Positions 38,848-50,371 of a stretch of DNA of 64,000 nucleotides are shown here, one piece after another. The stretch covers positions 386,772 to 450,771 of the forward strand of contig OZ253450.1 in the NCBI GenBank assembly GCA_965261335.1, given 5' to 3'. Numbering within the stretch: position 1 is the first letter of the stretch; the number at the start of each line of letters is the position of its first letter. Source of the stretch: Candidatus Spongiihabitans sp. Its GTDB lineage: Bacteria > Pseudomonadota > Gammaproteobacteria > Arenicellales > Poriferihabitantaceae. Position numbers and translations under genes: made by a program. Below the pieces are notes generated by a model. The model searched no databases. It had not been told where the DNA came from and saw only the letters and a list, made by a program, of their open reading frames with translations.

Positions 38848-39387
38848 TTAATTCTTCATCGGAAAATTAAAGGCACGCAATAATGCGCTCGCCTGTTCGT
38901 CATTTTTTGCAGATGTAGTAATACAAACATCCATGCCGCGTAACGCATCAACATTGTCATAATCAATTTCTGGAAATACGATTTGCTCCTTAAGACCAAA
39001 CGAGTAGTTTCCACGACCGTCGAATGACTTATTCGACAACCCTCGAAAATCCCGAATTCTTGGAATCGCAACCGAAATTAAACGATCCAAAAATTCATAC
39101 ATCCGCTTCCGTCTCAATGTCACTTTTGCGCCAATTGGCCAACCTTCACGAATTTTGAAAACTGCCTCAGATTTTTTCGCTTTGGTAATAATTGGTTTCT
39201 GTCCCACTATTTTTTCAAGGTCATTGGCCGCACTTTGCAATACATTTTTGTTTGCCACTGCTTCACCCAACCCCATATTCAGCGTTATTTTGGTAATTCT
39301 TGGAATTTCCATTGCACTTTTGAACGCAAACTCTTGCTGGAGCTTAGGCACAATTTCAACTTTATACTTTTCCTGCAATCTGGTCAT
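38848..39387 (-). CDS. rplE: 50S ribosomal protein L5
   Basis: 179 aa, [20 protein letters not shown]...[15 protein letters not shown]... Confidence 0.97.
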   Translation of the reverse strand: MTRLQEKYKVEIVPKLQQEFAFKSAMEIPRITKITLNMGLGEAVANKNVLQSAANDLEKIVGQKPIITKAKKSEAVFKIREGWPIGAKVTLRRKRMYEFLDRLISVAIPRIRDFRGLSNKSFDGRGNYSFGLKEQIVFPEIDYDNVDALRGMDVCITTSAKNDEQASALLRAFNFPMKN

Positions 39388-39446
39388 GTGTCTGTAAAAA
39401 TACTAACGAATAAATAAACAATTACGAAACCTCTAATCTATAAAAA

Positions 39447-39767
39447 TCAAGCAAGGTCAATGACTTCATCATTTGATTTGAAATATCTCACCTTCCGTCC
39501 ATCTTCCAATTTTTTAAAACCGATGCGCTCACCTTTTTTGGTTGTAGGATTGTACAACGCAATATTGGACAACTGGATAGGGGCTTCCTTTTCAATAATG
39601 CCACCGCTTTCGCCTGCGTTGGGATTGCTTTTCGTGTGCCGCTTCACCAAATTAACATTATCCACCAATGCGCGACCATCAGCGGTGATATTCAACACAT
39701 TACCGCGTTTACCTTTATCGCGTCCAGCAATGACGATAACATCGTCATTTTTTTTGATTCTTTGCAT
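39447..39767 (-). CDS. rplX: 50S ribosomal protein L24
   Basis: 106 aa, MQRIKKNDDVIVIAGRDKGKRGNVL... Confidence 0.96.
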   Translation of the reverse strand: MQRIKKNDDVIVIAGRDKGKRGNVLNITADGRALVDNVNLVKRHTKSNPNAGESGGIIEKEAPIQLSNIALYNPTTKKGERIGFKKLEDGRKVRYFKSNDEVIDLA

Positions 39768-39829
39768 AGTCTTTATTTGCTCAATCTAAATTTTTAATCT
39801 TTTAATATCCACGCTATGGTACTTTTTGA

Positions 39830-40198
39830 CTACAACACTTCTGGTGCCAAAGAAATAATTCGCATGAATTTATCGGAACGCAATTCACGGGTTACCGGAC
39901 CAAAAATTCGTGTACCAATAGGCTGGTGTGCTGCATTCAATAAAACTGCCGAATTTTTATCAAAACGAATCAACGAACCATCGGGTCGCCGTACACCAGA
40001 GCGTGTTCTAACCACGACCGCATCATAGACATCGCCTTTTTTCACGCGACTATTCGGCAACGCTTCTTTGATTGTAATTTTGATAATGTCACCAATACCT
40101 GCATAGCGGCGTTTAGAGCCACCCAATACTTTTATACACATCACGCGCTTTGCACCGCTGTTATCCGCAACGGACATCATTGACTGCATTTGAATCAT
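39830..40198 (-). CDS. rplN: 50S ribosomal protein L14
   Basis: 122 aa, [33 protein letters not shown]... Confidence 0.97.
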   Translation of the reverse strand: MIQMQSMMSVADNSGAKRVMCIKVLGGSKRRYAGIGDIIKITIKEALPNSRVKKGDVYDAVVVRTRSGVRRPDGSLIRFDKNSAVLLNAAHQPIGTRIFGPVTRELRSDKFMRIISLAPEVL

Positions 40199-40213
40199 CT
40201 TTATTCTCCTGTC

Positions 40214-40486
40214 TTAAACTGCCCGACTAACCACCTCAACCAAACGCCAACATTTGGTCTTTGACATCGGGCGACACGCTTCAATACGAACGGTATCCCC
40301 AGTCTTGCACTCATTATTTTCGTCATGAGCATGTAGTTTTGTAGAGCGGCGTATGTACTTTTGATACAACGGATGCTTAACCTGACGTTCAACCAATACG
40401 GTGATACTTTTGTCACTCGCTGCCCCAATCACATTGCCTTGGATCAGCCGTTTGGTCGTTTTCTTTGTTGTCGATTCTATACTCAT
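40214..40486 (-). CDS. rpsQ: 30S ribosomal protein S17
   Basis: 90 aa, ...[39 protein letters not shown]... Confidence 0.96.
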   Translation of the reverse strand: MSIESTTKKTTKRLIQGNVIGAASDKSITVLVERQVKHPLYQKYIRRSTKLHAHDENNECKTGDTVRIEACRPMSKTKCWRLVEVVSRAV

Positions 40487-40535
40487 TATGTTCTATTGAT
40501 TATGCTTAACTGACACTCCCACCCACATGTTGCGC

Positions 40536-40742
40536 TTATTCTAATGACTGACTGTCTGCCATCTCTTTTAAAATGGTTTTGACTCTTGCAATGTTTTTTT
40601 GAACAACCTTGAATCGTGCTGGATTGGCAAGTTGCCCCATTCCGCGCTGCATACGAAGATTGAATTGCTCTTTCCTGAGACCTAATAATTCTATCTGTAG
40701 GTCTGCTACTGTTTTGTTTCTAAGTTCAGCCGCTTTCATCAA
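40536..40742 (-). CDS. rpmC: 50S ribosomal protein L29
   Basis: 68 aa, [32 protein letters not shown]...; start overlaps the rplP stop. Confidence 0.95.
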   Translation of the reverse strand: MMKAAELRNKTVADLQIELLGLRKEQFNLRMQRGMGQLANPARFKVVQKNIARVKTILKEMADSQSLE

Positions 40743-41152
40743 CCCACCTGTCGTCTTACAAAATTAGTTTGTACCGGCAATTTCGCACTGGCAAGCCTAA
40801 ACGCTTCTCGTGCCAACTCTTCAGAAACACCTTCAATTTCATAAATCATTGTGCCGGGCTGAATCAATGCCACCCAAAACTCAGGGTTCCCTTTGCCTTT
40901 TCCCATGCGAACCTCTAGTGGTTTCTTGGAAATCGGTTTATCTGGAAATATACGAATCCACATTCTTCCGCCACGTTTTACATGACGAGTAATGGCGCGC
41001 CGAGCCGCTTCAATCTGCCGAGCGGTCAACCGACATCGAGTTGTAGATTGAAGCCCAAACTCGCCGAAACTTACTCGATTACCACGACTTGCTAAACCGC
41101 GATTGCGACCTTTGTGCATCTTACGAAATTTTGTTCTTTTTGGTTGCAACAT
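40739..41152 (-). CDS. rplP: 50S ribosomal protein L16
   Basis: 137 aa, [21 protein letters not shown]... Confidence 0.97.
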   Translation of the reverse strand: MLQPKRTKFRKMHKGRNRGLASRGNRVSFGEFGLQSTTRCRLTARQIEAARRAITRHVKRGGRMWIRIFPDKPISKKPLEVRMGKGKGNPEFWVALIQPGTMIYEIEGVSEELAREAFRLASAKLPVQTNFVRRQVG

Positions 41153-41161
41153 AATTAATTA

Positions 41162-41851
41162 TTAACTCGCGTCTGCTGTCGATTTAACGGCAGGCTGTTC
41201 AGCAACCTGAATTTCTGCTTTTTCCTGAGCAAAAATTTCCCCCTTAAATATCCATACCTTGACCCCGATAATGCCGTAGGTGGTCTGTGCCTCGTGCACA
41301 CCATAATCAATATCGGCACGCAGCGTATGCAGTGGCACACGCCCTTCTCGATACCACTCGGTGCGTGCAATTTCCGCACCATTCAAACGTCCGGCAAGCA
41401 TAACCTTGACACCTTCGGCACCTGAACGCATTGAATTTTGCACGGCACGTTTCATTGCCCGCCGAAACATGATGCGCTTTTCAAGTTGCTGACAAATATT
41501 TTCTGCCACCAATTTTGCGTTTAACTCTGGCTTTCGTATCTCTTCCACTGCGACCTGCACCGGATTACCACTAATTTTGGTCAATTCAAATCGTAGCCGT
41601 TCAATATCCTCACCTTTCTTACCGATGACAATACCGGGTCTGGCGGTGCATATCGTTACATTCATATTTTGTGCTGGCCTATCAATGATGATTTTACTCA
41701 CTGAGGCATTCGCTAATCGCTTGCGTAAAAATTCACGAATTTTAAGATCACATGCCAGCATATCTGCGTAGTTTCTAGACGCATACCATTTGGCATTCCA
41801 ATCTTTCACAATGCCTAGTCGAATACCGTTTGGTTGTACTTTCTGACCCAT
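41162..41851 (-). CDS. rpsC: 30S ribosomal protein S3
   Basis: 229 aa, [24 protein letters not shown]... Confidence 0.97.
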   Translation of the reverse strand: MGQKVQPNGIRLGIVKDWNAKWYASRNYADMLACDLKIREFLRKRLANASVSKIIIDRPAQNMNVTICTARPGIVIGKKGEDIERLRFELTKISGNPVQVAVEEIRKPELNAKLVAENICQQLEKRIMFRRAMKRAVQNSMRSGAEGVKVMLAGRLNGAEIARTEWYREGRVPLHTLRADIDYGVHEAQTTYGIIGVKVWIFKGEIFAQEKAEIQVAEQPAVKSTADAS

Positions 41852-41905
41852 TACTTATAATTCCACTTTTTTCTATCGGTTAATATTTGGCTTACTATTC
41901 TGCTA

Positions 41906-42256
41906 CTATTTCTTCGCACTGGGCGGATTATCACTAACACTAATTGTGATATGACAATTACGTTTCAAAATTCGAGTACCACGACCTTTAGCCCGCGCAC
42001 GAAATCGTTTCAACATTGGTGCCGTATCAATCATCACCTGACTGACCCATAATTCATCAATATCCGCACCATCATTATGCTCCGCATTGGCAATCGCAGA
42101 ATTCAACACTTTTTTTATCGGCAATGCACCTTTTTTAGGGCTGAATGCCAGAATTTCTAATGCTTTTTCAACTGGCAAGGAACGAATTTGGTCTGCCACA
42201 AGACGACCTTTTTGCGCCGACAACCGAACATATTTCGCAACTGATCTGACTTGCAT
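41906..42256 (-). CDS. rplV: 50S ribosomal protein L22
   Basis: 116 aa, ...[30 protein letters not shown]... Confidence 0.96.
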   Translation of the reverse strand: MQVRSVAKYVRLSAQKGRLVADQIRSLPVEKALEILAFSPKKGALPIKKVLNSAIANAEHNDGADIDELWVSQVMIDTAPMLKRFRARAKGRGTRILKRNCHITISVSDNPPSAKK

Positions 42257-42289
42257 CGCTTTTACTCTTTAATTATGAACTTAATTAGG

Positions 42290-42562
42290 TTACTTGGCTT
42301 TTTTGCCAGCCGTATGACCGCGATAGGTGCGGGTTGGTGAAAACTCGCCAAGTTTATGCCCCACCATGTTTTCGTTAATCAGCACTGGAACATGCTGTCT
42401 GCCATTATGCACTGCGATAGTGATACCGATAAACTCAGGCATAATCATCGAGCGTCTCGACCATGTTTTAATCGGTCGGCGAGAATTCTCTGCCTTCGCT
42501 TTTTCAACTTTCGCCCATAAATGATGGTCAACGAAAGGCCCTTTTTTAATTGATCTTGGCAT
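42290..42562 (-). CDS. rpsS: 30S ribosomal protein S19
   Basis: 90 aa, [22 protein letters not shown]... Confidence 0.97.
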   Translation of the reverse strand: MPRSIKKGPFVDHHLWAKVEKAKAENSRRPIKTWSRRSMIMPEFIGITIAVHNGRQHVPVLINENMVGHKLGEFSPTRTYRGHTAGKKAK

Positions 42563-43386
42563 TATTTTTTCCTTCTACGAATGATCATTGATGAGGTTCG
42601 TTTATTAGAGCGAGTGCGGTATCCTTTGGTAGGAACCCCCCAAGGCGATACAGGATGCCTGCCACCTGAGGTACGTCCTTCACCACCACCATGCGGGTGG
42701 TCAACTGGATTCATTGCCACACCTCGCACGGTCGGACGAATACCCTTCCAGCGATTCGCCCCAGCTTTACCAATTTTGCGTAAACTGTTTTCGGAATTGC
42801 CCACTTGACCAATAGTCGCTCGACAATCCAGATGTACTTTTCTAACCTCACCAGAGCGCAACCGCAACTGTGCATAAGCCCCTTCTTTACCAAGATATTG
42901 CACCCCTGCTCCAGCGGTGCGTGCAAGTTGCGCCCCTTTTCCGGGTTTAAGCTCGATGCAATGCACCACCGTTCCGACCGGAATATTCCGTAACGGCATG
43001 CAATTGCCGACATGATAGCCACCACCGATACCCGAGATTACGACATTTCCTGCTGCCAAACCGCGTGGTGCAATAATATAACGATGTTCTCCGTCTTTAT
43101 AAACCAACAAAGCAATGTGTGCACTCCGATTCGGGTCATATTCGATATGCTTAATGGTCGCTGGTATGCCATCTTTGGTGCGCTTAAAGTCAATGACCCG
43201 ATATTGACGTTTATGTCCACCGCCACGATGTCGAACGGTGATACGACCTCCACTATTTCTACCGCTGATTGCCGTTTTCGGCTCAAGTAGTGGTGCATAG
43301 GGTTTGCCTTTATGCAAATCCGGAGTAACCACCTTGACCATCCCTCTGCGTCCTGGAGTAGTCGGTTTTTGTTTTACTAATGCCAT
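42562..43386 (-). CDS. rplB: 50S ribosomal protein L2
   Basis: 274 aa, [19 protein letters not shown]...[17 protein letters not shown]... Confidence 0.98.
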   Translation of the reverse strand: MALVKQKPTTPGRRGMVKVVTPDLHKGKPYAPLLEPKTAISGRNSGGRITVRHRGGGHKRQYRVIDFKRTKDGIPATIKHIEYDPNRSAHIALLVYKDGEHRYIIAPRGLAAGNVVISGIGGGYHVGNCMPLRNIPVGTVVHCIELKPGKGAQLARTAGAGVQYLGKEGAYAQLRLRSGEVRKVHLDCRATIGQVGNSENSLRKIGKAGANRWKGIRPTVRGVAMNPVDHPHGGGEGRTSGGRHPVSPWGVPTKGYRTRSNKRTSSMIIRRRKK

Positions 43387-43414
43387 AACAGTTTACGGTG
43401 TATTGATATCAATT

Positions 43415-43789
43415 TTATGTGCCACTCATGCTAAGAAAATCAATATCTTGACCTTCATATAAACAAACATAGGCTTTTTTCCAGCAACTCCGCGCTCCCT
43501 TAATCCGACCGGTCATTTTCGTCTTGCCGCGTACATTGGCAATCTGAACACGCTGCACTTTCACATCAAACAGCTTTTCCACTGCTTGGCGAATTTCCGC
43601 TTTACGGGCATCCGTCCGGACGCGAAACACAACTTGATTGTTTTTATCCGCAACCATCGTTGATTTCTCCGACACTATCGGCTTGAGGATAATCTGATAC
43701 AAGCGTTCTTCATCAGCCACAACAAGGCGATGGACTTGCTTATGATAGGCGACTGTTTTCGCTTTGAATCGGGATTTAGCCATGCTCAT
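43415..43789 (-). CDS. rplW: 50S ribosomal protein L23 (with ~24-aa N-terminal extension if ATG 43789 is used)
   Basis: The conserved core begins at ...EERLYQIILKPIVSEKST... The only ATG start overlaps the rplD stop (ATGA). A GTG just before ADEERL is a possible shorter start. Confidence 0.9.
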   Translation of the reverse strand: MSMAKSRFKAKTVAYHKQVHRLVVADEERLYQIILKPIVSEKSTMVADKNNQVVFRVRTDARKAEIRQAVEKLFDVKVQRVQIANVRGKTKMTGRIKGARSCWKKAYVCLYEGQDIDFLSMSGT

Positions 43790-44409
43790 TGTAATGCCTC
43801 ATCGATATTTTTTGCCGCATCGGTCGTAATGATTATTTTCTCATGACGAATTAAACTCACAGGATCAATTTCTTTGCTGTTACAAACAGAAACCTGTTTC
43901 AAATTTCGTGCTGAAAGTGCAATATTACCGTTGTCTTCAGCCAATATAATCAATGCTTGCGTGGCATCCAATTTATCCAACGTAGCGAGCAATAATTTAC
44001 TCTTAGGTAGCTCCATAACCAATTCGTCGACCACAATCAAACGCTGCTGGCGAGCGAGTTCTGACAGTATCGAACGCATTGCCGCACGATACATTTTCTT
44101 GTTCACTTTTTGTGAAAAATCGTGCGTAGAAGCTGGGAAAGCACGACCGCCACCGGCAAATATCGGACTCCGAATAGTCCCCGCACGAGCGCGCCCACTG
44201 CCTTTTTGCTTCCACGGCTTACTACCGCCGCCACGCACTGCAGCACGATTTTTTTGTGCTCGTGTTCCACTACGACCGCCAGCCTGATAGGCTCTCACGA
44301 CCTGATGCACTAACGCTTCGTTAAAATCAACACCAAAGTTAATTTTCGACAAGCCAAGCGTGTCGTCTTTCCCTCCGTTGATCTGATTTACTTTTAATTG
44401 AATAGTCAT
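43786..44409 (-). CDS. rplD: 50S ribosomal protein L4
   Basis: 207 aa, ...VHQVVRAYQAGGRSGTRAQKNRAAVRGGGSKPWKQKGSGRAR... Confidence 0.97.
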   Translation of the reverse strand: MTIQLKVNQINGGKDDTLGLSKINFGVDFNEALVHQVVRAYQAGGRSGTRAQKNRAAVRGGGSKPWKQKGSGRARAGTIRSPIFAGGGRAFPASTHDFSQKVNKKMYRAAMRSILSELARQQRLIVVDELVMELPKSKLLLATLDKLDATQALIILAEDNGNIALSARNLKQVSVCNSKEIDPVSLIRHEKIIITTDAAKNIDEALQ

Positions 44410-44421
44410 TTGTTTTTCTTA

Positions 44422-45162
44422 TTAGCTCGCAACATTTGCTTCTGTTGCTTCAGATTCGGATGTTGATTCAGGTGCACCATCTTCGACAGACTGATACTCT
44501 GGGATTGACAACACCACATCAGATTTAACCGCCGGTCGGACTATCACGTTACTCCCTTTGCAACCCGGAATAGAGCCGGAAATCAAAATAAGGTTTCGTT
44601 TGCTATCCACCCGAACCACTGTCAAGTTCTGTTGCACGACCTGATCTGCTCCCATATGCCCAGCCATTTTCTTGCCCTTGAACACCCTGCCTGGATCTTG
44701 AGCATTCCCAATCGAGCCGCCCAATCTATGTGCCTTTGAGTTACCATGTGAGGCGCGTCCACCGGCAAAACCATGACGTTTCATCACCCCAGCAAAACCT
44801 TTTCCGATGCTTTGCCCAGTCACATCCACTTTCTGACCTTTACTAAATAACGAGACTGTCAACTCTTTACCTGCCAAACTGTCAAACGCACCATCGATTG
44901 GTGCAGGCAACCGAAATTCCCATACCCCCCGACCCGGCTCGACACCCGCTTTGGCGAAATGCCCTTTCATTGCTTTGCTCACTCGGCTAGCCCTGCGTTC
45001 ACCCGTGGTCAATTGCACACCGTTATAGCCATCCACTGTTTCGGTCTTAACCTGCGTAATTTTATTCGGCAACACTTCAATAACCGTGACCGGCTGAGAT
45101 TTACCCTGTTCGGTAAACACCCTAGTCATGCCGATTTTTTTTCCAACGAGTCCCAATGACAT
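44422..45162 (-). CDS. rplC: 50S ribosomal protein L3 (with acidic C-terminal tail)
   Basis: 246 aa, [30 protein letters not shown]...; about 30 extra C-terminal residues rich in E/S. Confidence 0.96.
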   Translation of the reverse strand: MSLGLVGKKIGMTRVFTEQGKSQPVTVIEVLPNKITQVKTETVDGYNGVQLTTGERRASRVSKAMKGHFAKAGVEPGRGVWEFRLPAPIDGAFDSLAGKELTVSLFSKGQKVDVTGQSIGKGFAGVMKRHGFAGGRASHGNSKAHRLGGSIGNAQDPGRVFKGKKMAGHMGADQVVQQNLTVVRVDSKRNLILISGSIPGCKGSNVIVRPAVKSDVVLSIPEYQSVEDGAPESTSESEATEANVAS

Positions 45163-45185
45163 TTTATTAGCCCTACTCTATCAAC

Positions 45186-45500
45186 TTAGTTCACTTTAAT
45201 TTCAACATCAACGCCAGCTGCTAAATCCAGCTTCATGAGTGCGTCAACCGTTTTGTCGGTCGGTTGAACAATATCCAAAATTCTTTTATGCGTTCTGATT
45301 TCAAATTGATCACGCGCTTTTTTGTTGACATGCGGCGAGCGTAACAACGTATATTTTTCGATTTTAGTTGGCAACGGAATAGGACCCATAACCAATGCAC
45401 CGGTTCGCCGAGCGGTATCCACAATCTCCAATGCTGAACGATCAATGGATTTGTGATCGAATGCTTTTAAGCTTATGCGGATTTTTTGATTCTCAACCAT
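45186..45500 (-). CDS. rpsJ: 30S ribosomal protein S10
   Basis: 104 aa, ...[31 protein letters not shown]... Confidence 0.97.
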   Translation of the reverse strand: MVENQKIRISLKAFDHKSIDRSALEIVDTARRTGALVMGPIPLPTKIEKYTLLRSPHVNKKARDQFEIRTHKRILDIVQPTDKTVDALMKLDLAAGVDVEIKVN

Positions 45501-45549
45501 GACTCAACTTTTCCCCGATAATGGACTAGACATTTAATTAGCAATCGTG

Positions 45550-46743
45550 CTACTCGATAATTTTGGTCACCACGCCCGCACCAACAGTGCGACCGCCCTC
45601 ACGAATGGCAAAACGTAACCCGTCCTCCATCGCTATCGGCGCAATCAACTCCGCCGTTAGTTTGACATTGTCACCCGGCATCACCATCTCAACATTCTCC
45701 GGCAACTCACAGGCACCCGTTACATCGGTCGTCCTAAAATAAAACTGCGGACGATAGCCTTTGAAAAAGGGCGTATGTCGCCCACCTTCCTCTTTCGACA
45801 ATATATAAACCTCTGCCTCAAACTTGGTATGCGGCGTTATCGTCTTTGGCTTTGCCAATACCTGTCCACGTTCCACTTCCTCACGCTTCGTACCGCGCAA
45901 TAAAATACCCACATTATCGCCCGCCTGCCCCTCATCCAGTAATTTGCGGAACATCTCAACCCCAGTACATATCGTTTTCACCGTCTCTTTGATGCCGATT
46001 ATCGCAATCTCCTCATTCACCTTAATCACGCCTCGTTCTATCCGACCCGTCACCACCGTGCCACGTCCCGAAATCGAGAACACATCCTCTACCGGCATCA
46101 GAAAATCACCGTCAACCTTGCGATCAGGTAGCGGAATATAACTGTCCAATGCCTCCGCTAACTTGAATATCGAACCCTCCCCCATATCCGATGCATCACC
46201 TTCCAATGCCTTCAAGGCACTGCCGATAATAATCGGCGTGTCATCACCGGGAAAATCATAACTATCCAGCAACTCGCGTACTTCCATCTCTACTAATTCC
46301 ATCAATTCCTCATCGTCCACCATATCGGCTTTGTTCAAAAAAACAACAATATACGGAACCCCTACCTGACGTGCCAACAATATATGCTCGCGCGTTTGCG
46401 GCATCGGACCATCTGCTGCCGAACAAACCAATATCGCACCATCCATCTGCGCCGCACCAGTAATCATGTTCTTGACATAATCCGCGTGTCCCGGACAATC
46501 AACATGCGCATAATGACGCACTTCGGTTTCATACTCAACATGTGCCGTGGCAATCGTAATACCGCGTTCACGTTCCTCTGGCGCATTATCAATCTCATCA
46601 AATGCCTTCGCCGATGTACCCCCATACTTCGCCGACAACACTTTCGTCATCGCCGCCGTTAAGGTCGTCTTACCGTGATCAACATGACCTATAGTACCAA
46701 CATTGACATGTGGCTTCGTTCTGTTAAATTTTTCTTTCGACAT
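45550..46743 (-). CDS. tuf: Elongation factor Tu (copy in the str operon position)
   Basis: 397 aa, [31 protein letters not shown]...; follows fusA. Confidence 0.99.
   Translation of the reverse strand: MSKEKFNRTKPHVNVGTIGHVDHGKTTLTAAMTKVLSAKYGGTSAKAFDEIDNAPEERERGITIATAHVEYETEVRHYAHVDCPGHADYVKNMITGAAQMDGAILVCSAADGPMPQTREHILLARQVGVPYIVVFLNKADMVDDEELMELVEMEVRELLDSYDFPGDDTPIIIGSALKALEGDASDMGEGSIFKLAEALDSYIPLPDRKVDGDFLMPVEDVFSISGRGTVVTGRIERGVIKVNEEIAIIGIKETVKTICTGVEMFRKLLDEGQAGDNVGILLRGTKREEVERGQVLAKPKTITPHTKFEAEVYILSKEEGGRHTPFFKGYRPQFYFRTTDVTGACELPENVEMVMPGDNVKLTAELIAPIAMEDGLRFAIREGGRTVGAGVVTKIIE
45559..46743. repeat. tuf duplicated segment, copy 1 (about 1185 nt apparently identical to 62663-63847)
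   Basis: All shadow ORFs in the other frames are identical between the copies at a constant offset of 17104 nt. The sequences diverge immediately outside the ATG and within the last 9 nt. Confidence 0.9.
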
Positions 46744-46801
46744 GAGCGTCTCCTATAATCTAATCTTTGCGTTAAACGTAAACTTTAATTTATTAATCCA
46801 A

Positions 46802-48892
46802 TCAAGCACTTCTGACGGCAGCGGTTATGCTTTCTGGAACCGGTGCATATTGCTTGAATTCCATCGTATAATTAGCCCGCCCCTGTGTTGCCGAACGCAA
46901 CGAAGTGGCATAGCCAAACATTTCCGATAATGGCACTTCTGCTTTGACTACTTTGCCACTCGGCGAACTTCCCATTTCGTGGATTAGTCCACGCCGCGAA
47001 CTCAAGTCGCCATTCACACTACCCATATATTCTTCTGGGGTAACCACTTCCACTTCCATCATCGGCTCAAGCAGCTGCGGGGCGGCTTGTTTTGCGCCCT
47101 CTCGAAAAGCGATGGAACCGGCCGCTTTGAAAGCATGTTCAGACGAATCTACATCATGGTAAGAACCGAAAAACAAGGTCGCTTTCACGTCAACGATCGG
47201 ATAACCAGCGACAACACCTGCCTGCATAGCCGACTGAATGCCCCTATCCACTGCTGGAATAAACTCACGCGGAATCACCCCGCTCTTAATCTCGTCAACA
47301 AATTCATATCCCTTGCCCATACTACGAGGTTGCAAGCGTAAATGAACATGCCCATATTGACCACGCCCACCGGTTTGCTTGGCATATTTATACTCGGTTT
47401 CGATAGTCTTGGTGATGGTTTCGCGGTATGCCACATGAGGCTTGCCAATATTGGCATCGACACCGAACTCTCTTTTTAAGCGGTCAATGATAATTTCCAA
47501 ATGTAATTCGCCCATGCCCGAGATAATCGTCTGCCCTGACTCTGCATCGGAGCGCACCCTAAAAGAAGGGTCTTCCTGTGCCAACTTGTCTAAGGCAATG
47601 CCGAGCTTTTCCTGGTCGGTTTTGGTTTTCGGTTCCACTGCCTGCGAAATAACCGGCTGCGGAAATTCCATACGCTCTAATATTACTTTGGCATCAACAG
47701 CGCATAAAGTATCGCCTGTGGTTATACTTTTAAGCCCGACTGCGGCAACGATGTCGCCAGTATGCACTTCCTTAATATCCTTGCGGTCATTGGAGTGCAT
47801 TTGCAAAATCCGACCGATGCGTTCTTTTTTGCCCTTAACCGAATTGATGACCGTGTCACCACTTTTGATCTCACCCGAGTAAACTCGAAAAAATACCAAT
47901 TGCCCGAAAAACGGATCAGACATAATCTTAAACGCCAATGCCGAAAACGGTTCATTGTCATCCGCTTGTCGCATTAGTGGGGTCTCTCCATCTGCCACAA
48001 CCCCTTTGATAGACGGCACGTCCAGCGGACTGGGCATAAAATCAATCACCCCATCAAGCATCGCCTGTACGCCTTTATTCTTAAACGCCGAACCACAGAA
48101 AATCGGAATCACTTGGTTATGCAATGTGCGTATGCGAATGCCTTTTTTAATTTCCTGCTCACTTAATTCACCTTGCTCAAAGTATTTCTCCATCATCGCA
48201 TCGTCGGCTTCGGCGGATGCCTCGACCAGTTTGGCACGATATTCATTGCTTATCGCCAGCATATCTTCGGGAATATCTCGGCATTCAAACGCAAGACCTC
48301 TGTTTTCTTCTTGCCAATAAACCGCTTTCATTTTAATCAGATCGACAACACCCGCAAACTGCTCCTCAGCACCGATGTTGAGCTGCATCACCACTGGATT
48401 TGCCCCCAGACGTGTCTCGACTTGCTCAACTACGCGCAAAAAATCCGCCCCGATACGATCCATTTTATTGACAAAAGCCATGCGTGGCACATTGTATTTA
48501 TTGGCTTGTCGCCATACCGTTTCAGATTGCGGTTCAACCCCGCCGACGGCACAAAAAACCGCCACTGCACCATCCAATACGCGCAACGAACGCTCCACTT
48601 CGATGGTGAAGTCAACATGTCCGGGGGTGTCGATAATATTAATGCGATGTTCTGGCTGGTCTTTCTCCATGCCACTCCAAAAGCAGGTGGTTGCCGCCGA
48701 TGTAATGGTGATTCCTCTTTCCTGCTCCTGCTCCATCCAGTCCATGACGGCGTTACCGTCATGCACTTCACCCATTTTATGCGATAAGCCAGTATAGAAC
48801 AGCACTCGCTCGGTGGTCGTCGTTTTACCCGCATCAATGTGCGCCATGATGCCGATATTACGATAACGATGCAGTGGAGTTTTGCGTGCCAT
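46802..48892 (-). CDS. fusA: Elongation factor G
   Basis: The start is set to ATG 48892 ([35 protein letters not shown]...). The track start at 48904 is a TTG four codons upstream. Confidence 0.98.
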   Translation of the reverse strand: MARKTPLHRYRNIGIMAHIDAGKTTTTERVLFYTGLSHKMGEVHDGNAVMDWMEQEQERGITITSAATTCFWSGMEKDQPEHRINIIDTPGHVDFTIEVERSLRVLDGAVAVFCAVGGVEPQSETVWRQANKYNVPRMAFVNKMDRIGADFLRVVEQVETRLGANPVVMQLNIGAEEQFAGVVDLIKMKAVYWQEENRGLAFECRDIPEDMLAISNEYRAKLVEASAEADDAMMEKYFEQGELSEQEIKKGIRIRTLHNQVIPIFCGSAFKNKGVQAMLDGVIDFMPSPLDVPSIKGVVADGETPLMRQADDNEPFSALAFKIMSDPFFGQLVFFRVYSGEIKSGDTVINSVKGKKERIGRILQMHSNDRKDIKEVHTGDIVAAVGLKSITTGDTLCAVDAKVILERMEFPQPVISQAVEPKTKTDQEKLGIALDKLAQEDPSFRVRSDAESGQTIISGMGELHLEIIIDRLKREFGVDANIGKPHVAYRETITKTIETEYKYAKQTGGRGQYGHVHLRLQPRSMGKGYEFVDEIKSGVIPREFIPAVDRGIQSAMQAGVVAGYPIVDVKATLFFGSYHDVDSSEHAFKAAGSIAFREGAKQAAPQLLEPMMEVEVVTPEEYMGSVNGDLSSRRGLIHEMGSSPSGKVVKAEVPLSEMFGYATSLRSATQGRANYTMEFKQYAPVPESITAAVRSA

Positions 48893-48924
48893 TGTTTTGT
48901 GCAATTTAACAGATACAAATAAAA

Positions 48925-49398
<474 letters not shown>

Positions 49399-49692
49399 TT
49401 AATGTTGTCTTCAGAATTTAATCACGTTTATTGAACATCCATAAATCAATTATTCGAACAGCCCTTGCCCATACAAAAATCGAGCATAAATCGATTTTGG
49501 TTAACCCATAAAAATACGCCATTCTGATTATTCAGAAGAGCGTACCCCCTCTTGGGGAAAAACCCAAAAGGCTTGGGAGTTTAGGGTTTGGCAGGAAACG
49601 CTGTTCACTGCTCGGGGCCTAAACTCAGCCCATTCGGACATTACAAGCTGATTCTTACAGCCTGATTTTGATAATCTTACCTGACGATGACT

Positions 49693-50067
49693 TTACGACT
49701 TAGGTCGCTTGGCACCGTATTTAGAACGCCCTTGTCGCCGGTCAGAAACACCCGATGTGTCTAGGGCTCCACGCACTGTGTGGTAGCGCACACCTGGCAA
49801 ATCTTTTACCCGTCCTCCGCGGAGCAACACCACGGAATGCTCTTGGAGATTATGACCTTCACCACCAATATAAGTGGTCACTTCATAGCCATTGGTCAAG
49901 CGGACCCGTGCTACTTTTCGTAACGCTGAATTCGGCTTCTTCGGTGTCGTAGTATAAACCCGTGTACAAACTCCACGTTTCTGCGGACAAGCCTGCAATG
50001 CCGGAACATTGGACTTTTTTATCTGCTTCTGACGTGGTTTTCTAACCAGTTGGTTTAATGTTGGCAT
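49693..50067 (-). CDS. rpsL: 30S ribosomal protein S12
   Basis: 124 aa, [52 protein letters not shown]... Confidence 0.98.
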   Translation of the reverse strand: MPTLNQLVRKPRQKQIKKSNVPALQACPQKRGVCTRVYTTTPKKPNSALRKVARVRLTNGYEVTTYIGGEGHNLQEHSVVLLRGGRVKDLPGVRYHTVRGALDTSGVSDRRQGRSKYGAKRPKS

Positions 50068-50371
50068 TCGCTCAATTCACTTAAATTTTACATCTTGCAC
50101 AAACGCCAAGCCACGCTTGTGGCAGAATGCACCCCGCAAAACATTTACTTCAAAACACTCAAAACCGAGCAATTAAAACACAGCCCAATCAGGTCACCTA
50201 GTGAGGGCGGCGATTCTATGCTGATGAACCACTAGTGTCAAGTGAAAACCTGCCTAACAAGCAAATTATCTGTCGACCGACAAGCGGACTGCTGAAAACC
50301 ACAATCAAATAGCATCACTGACCACACATCCTTCTTCGCCAACACTATATTGTATTGTCCTCTGCGATTGC

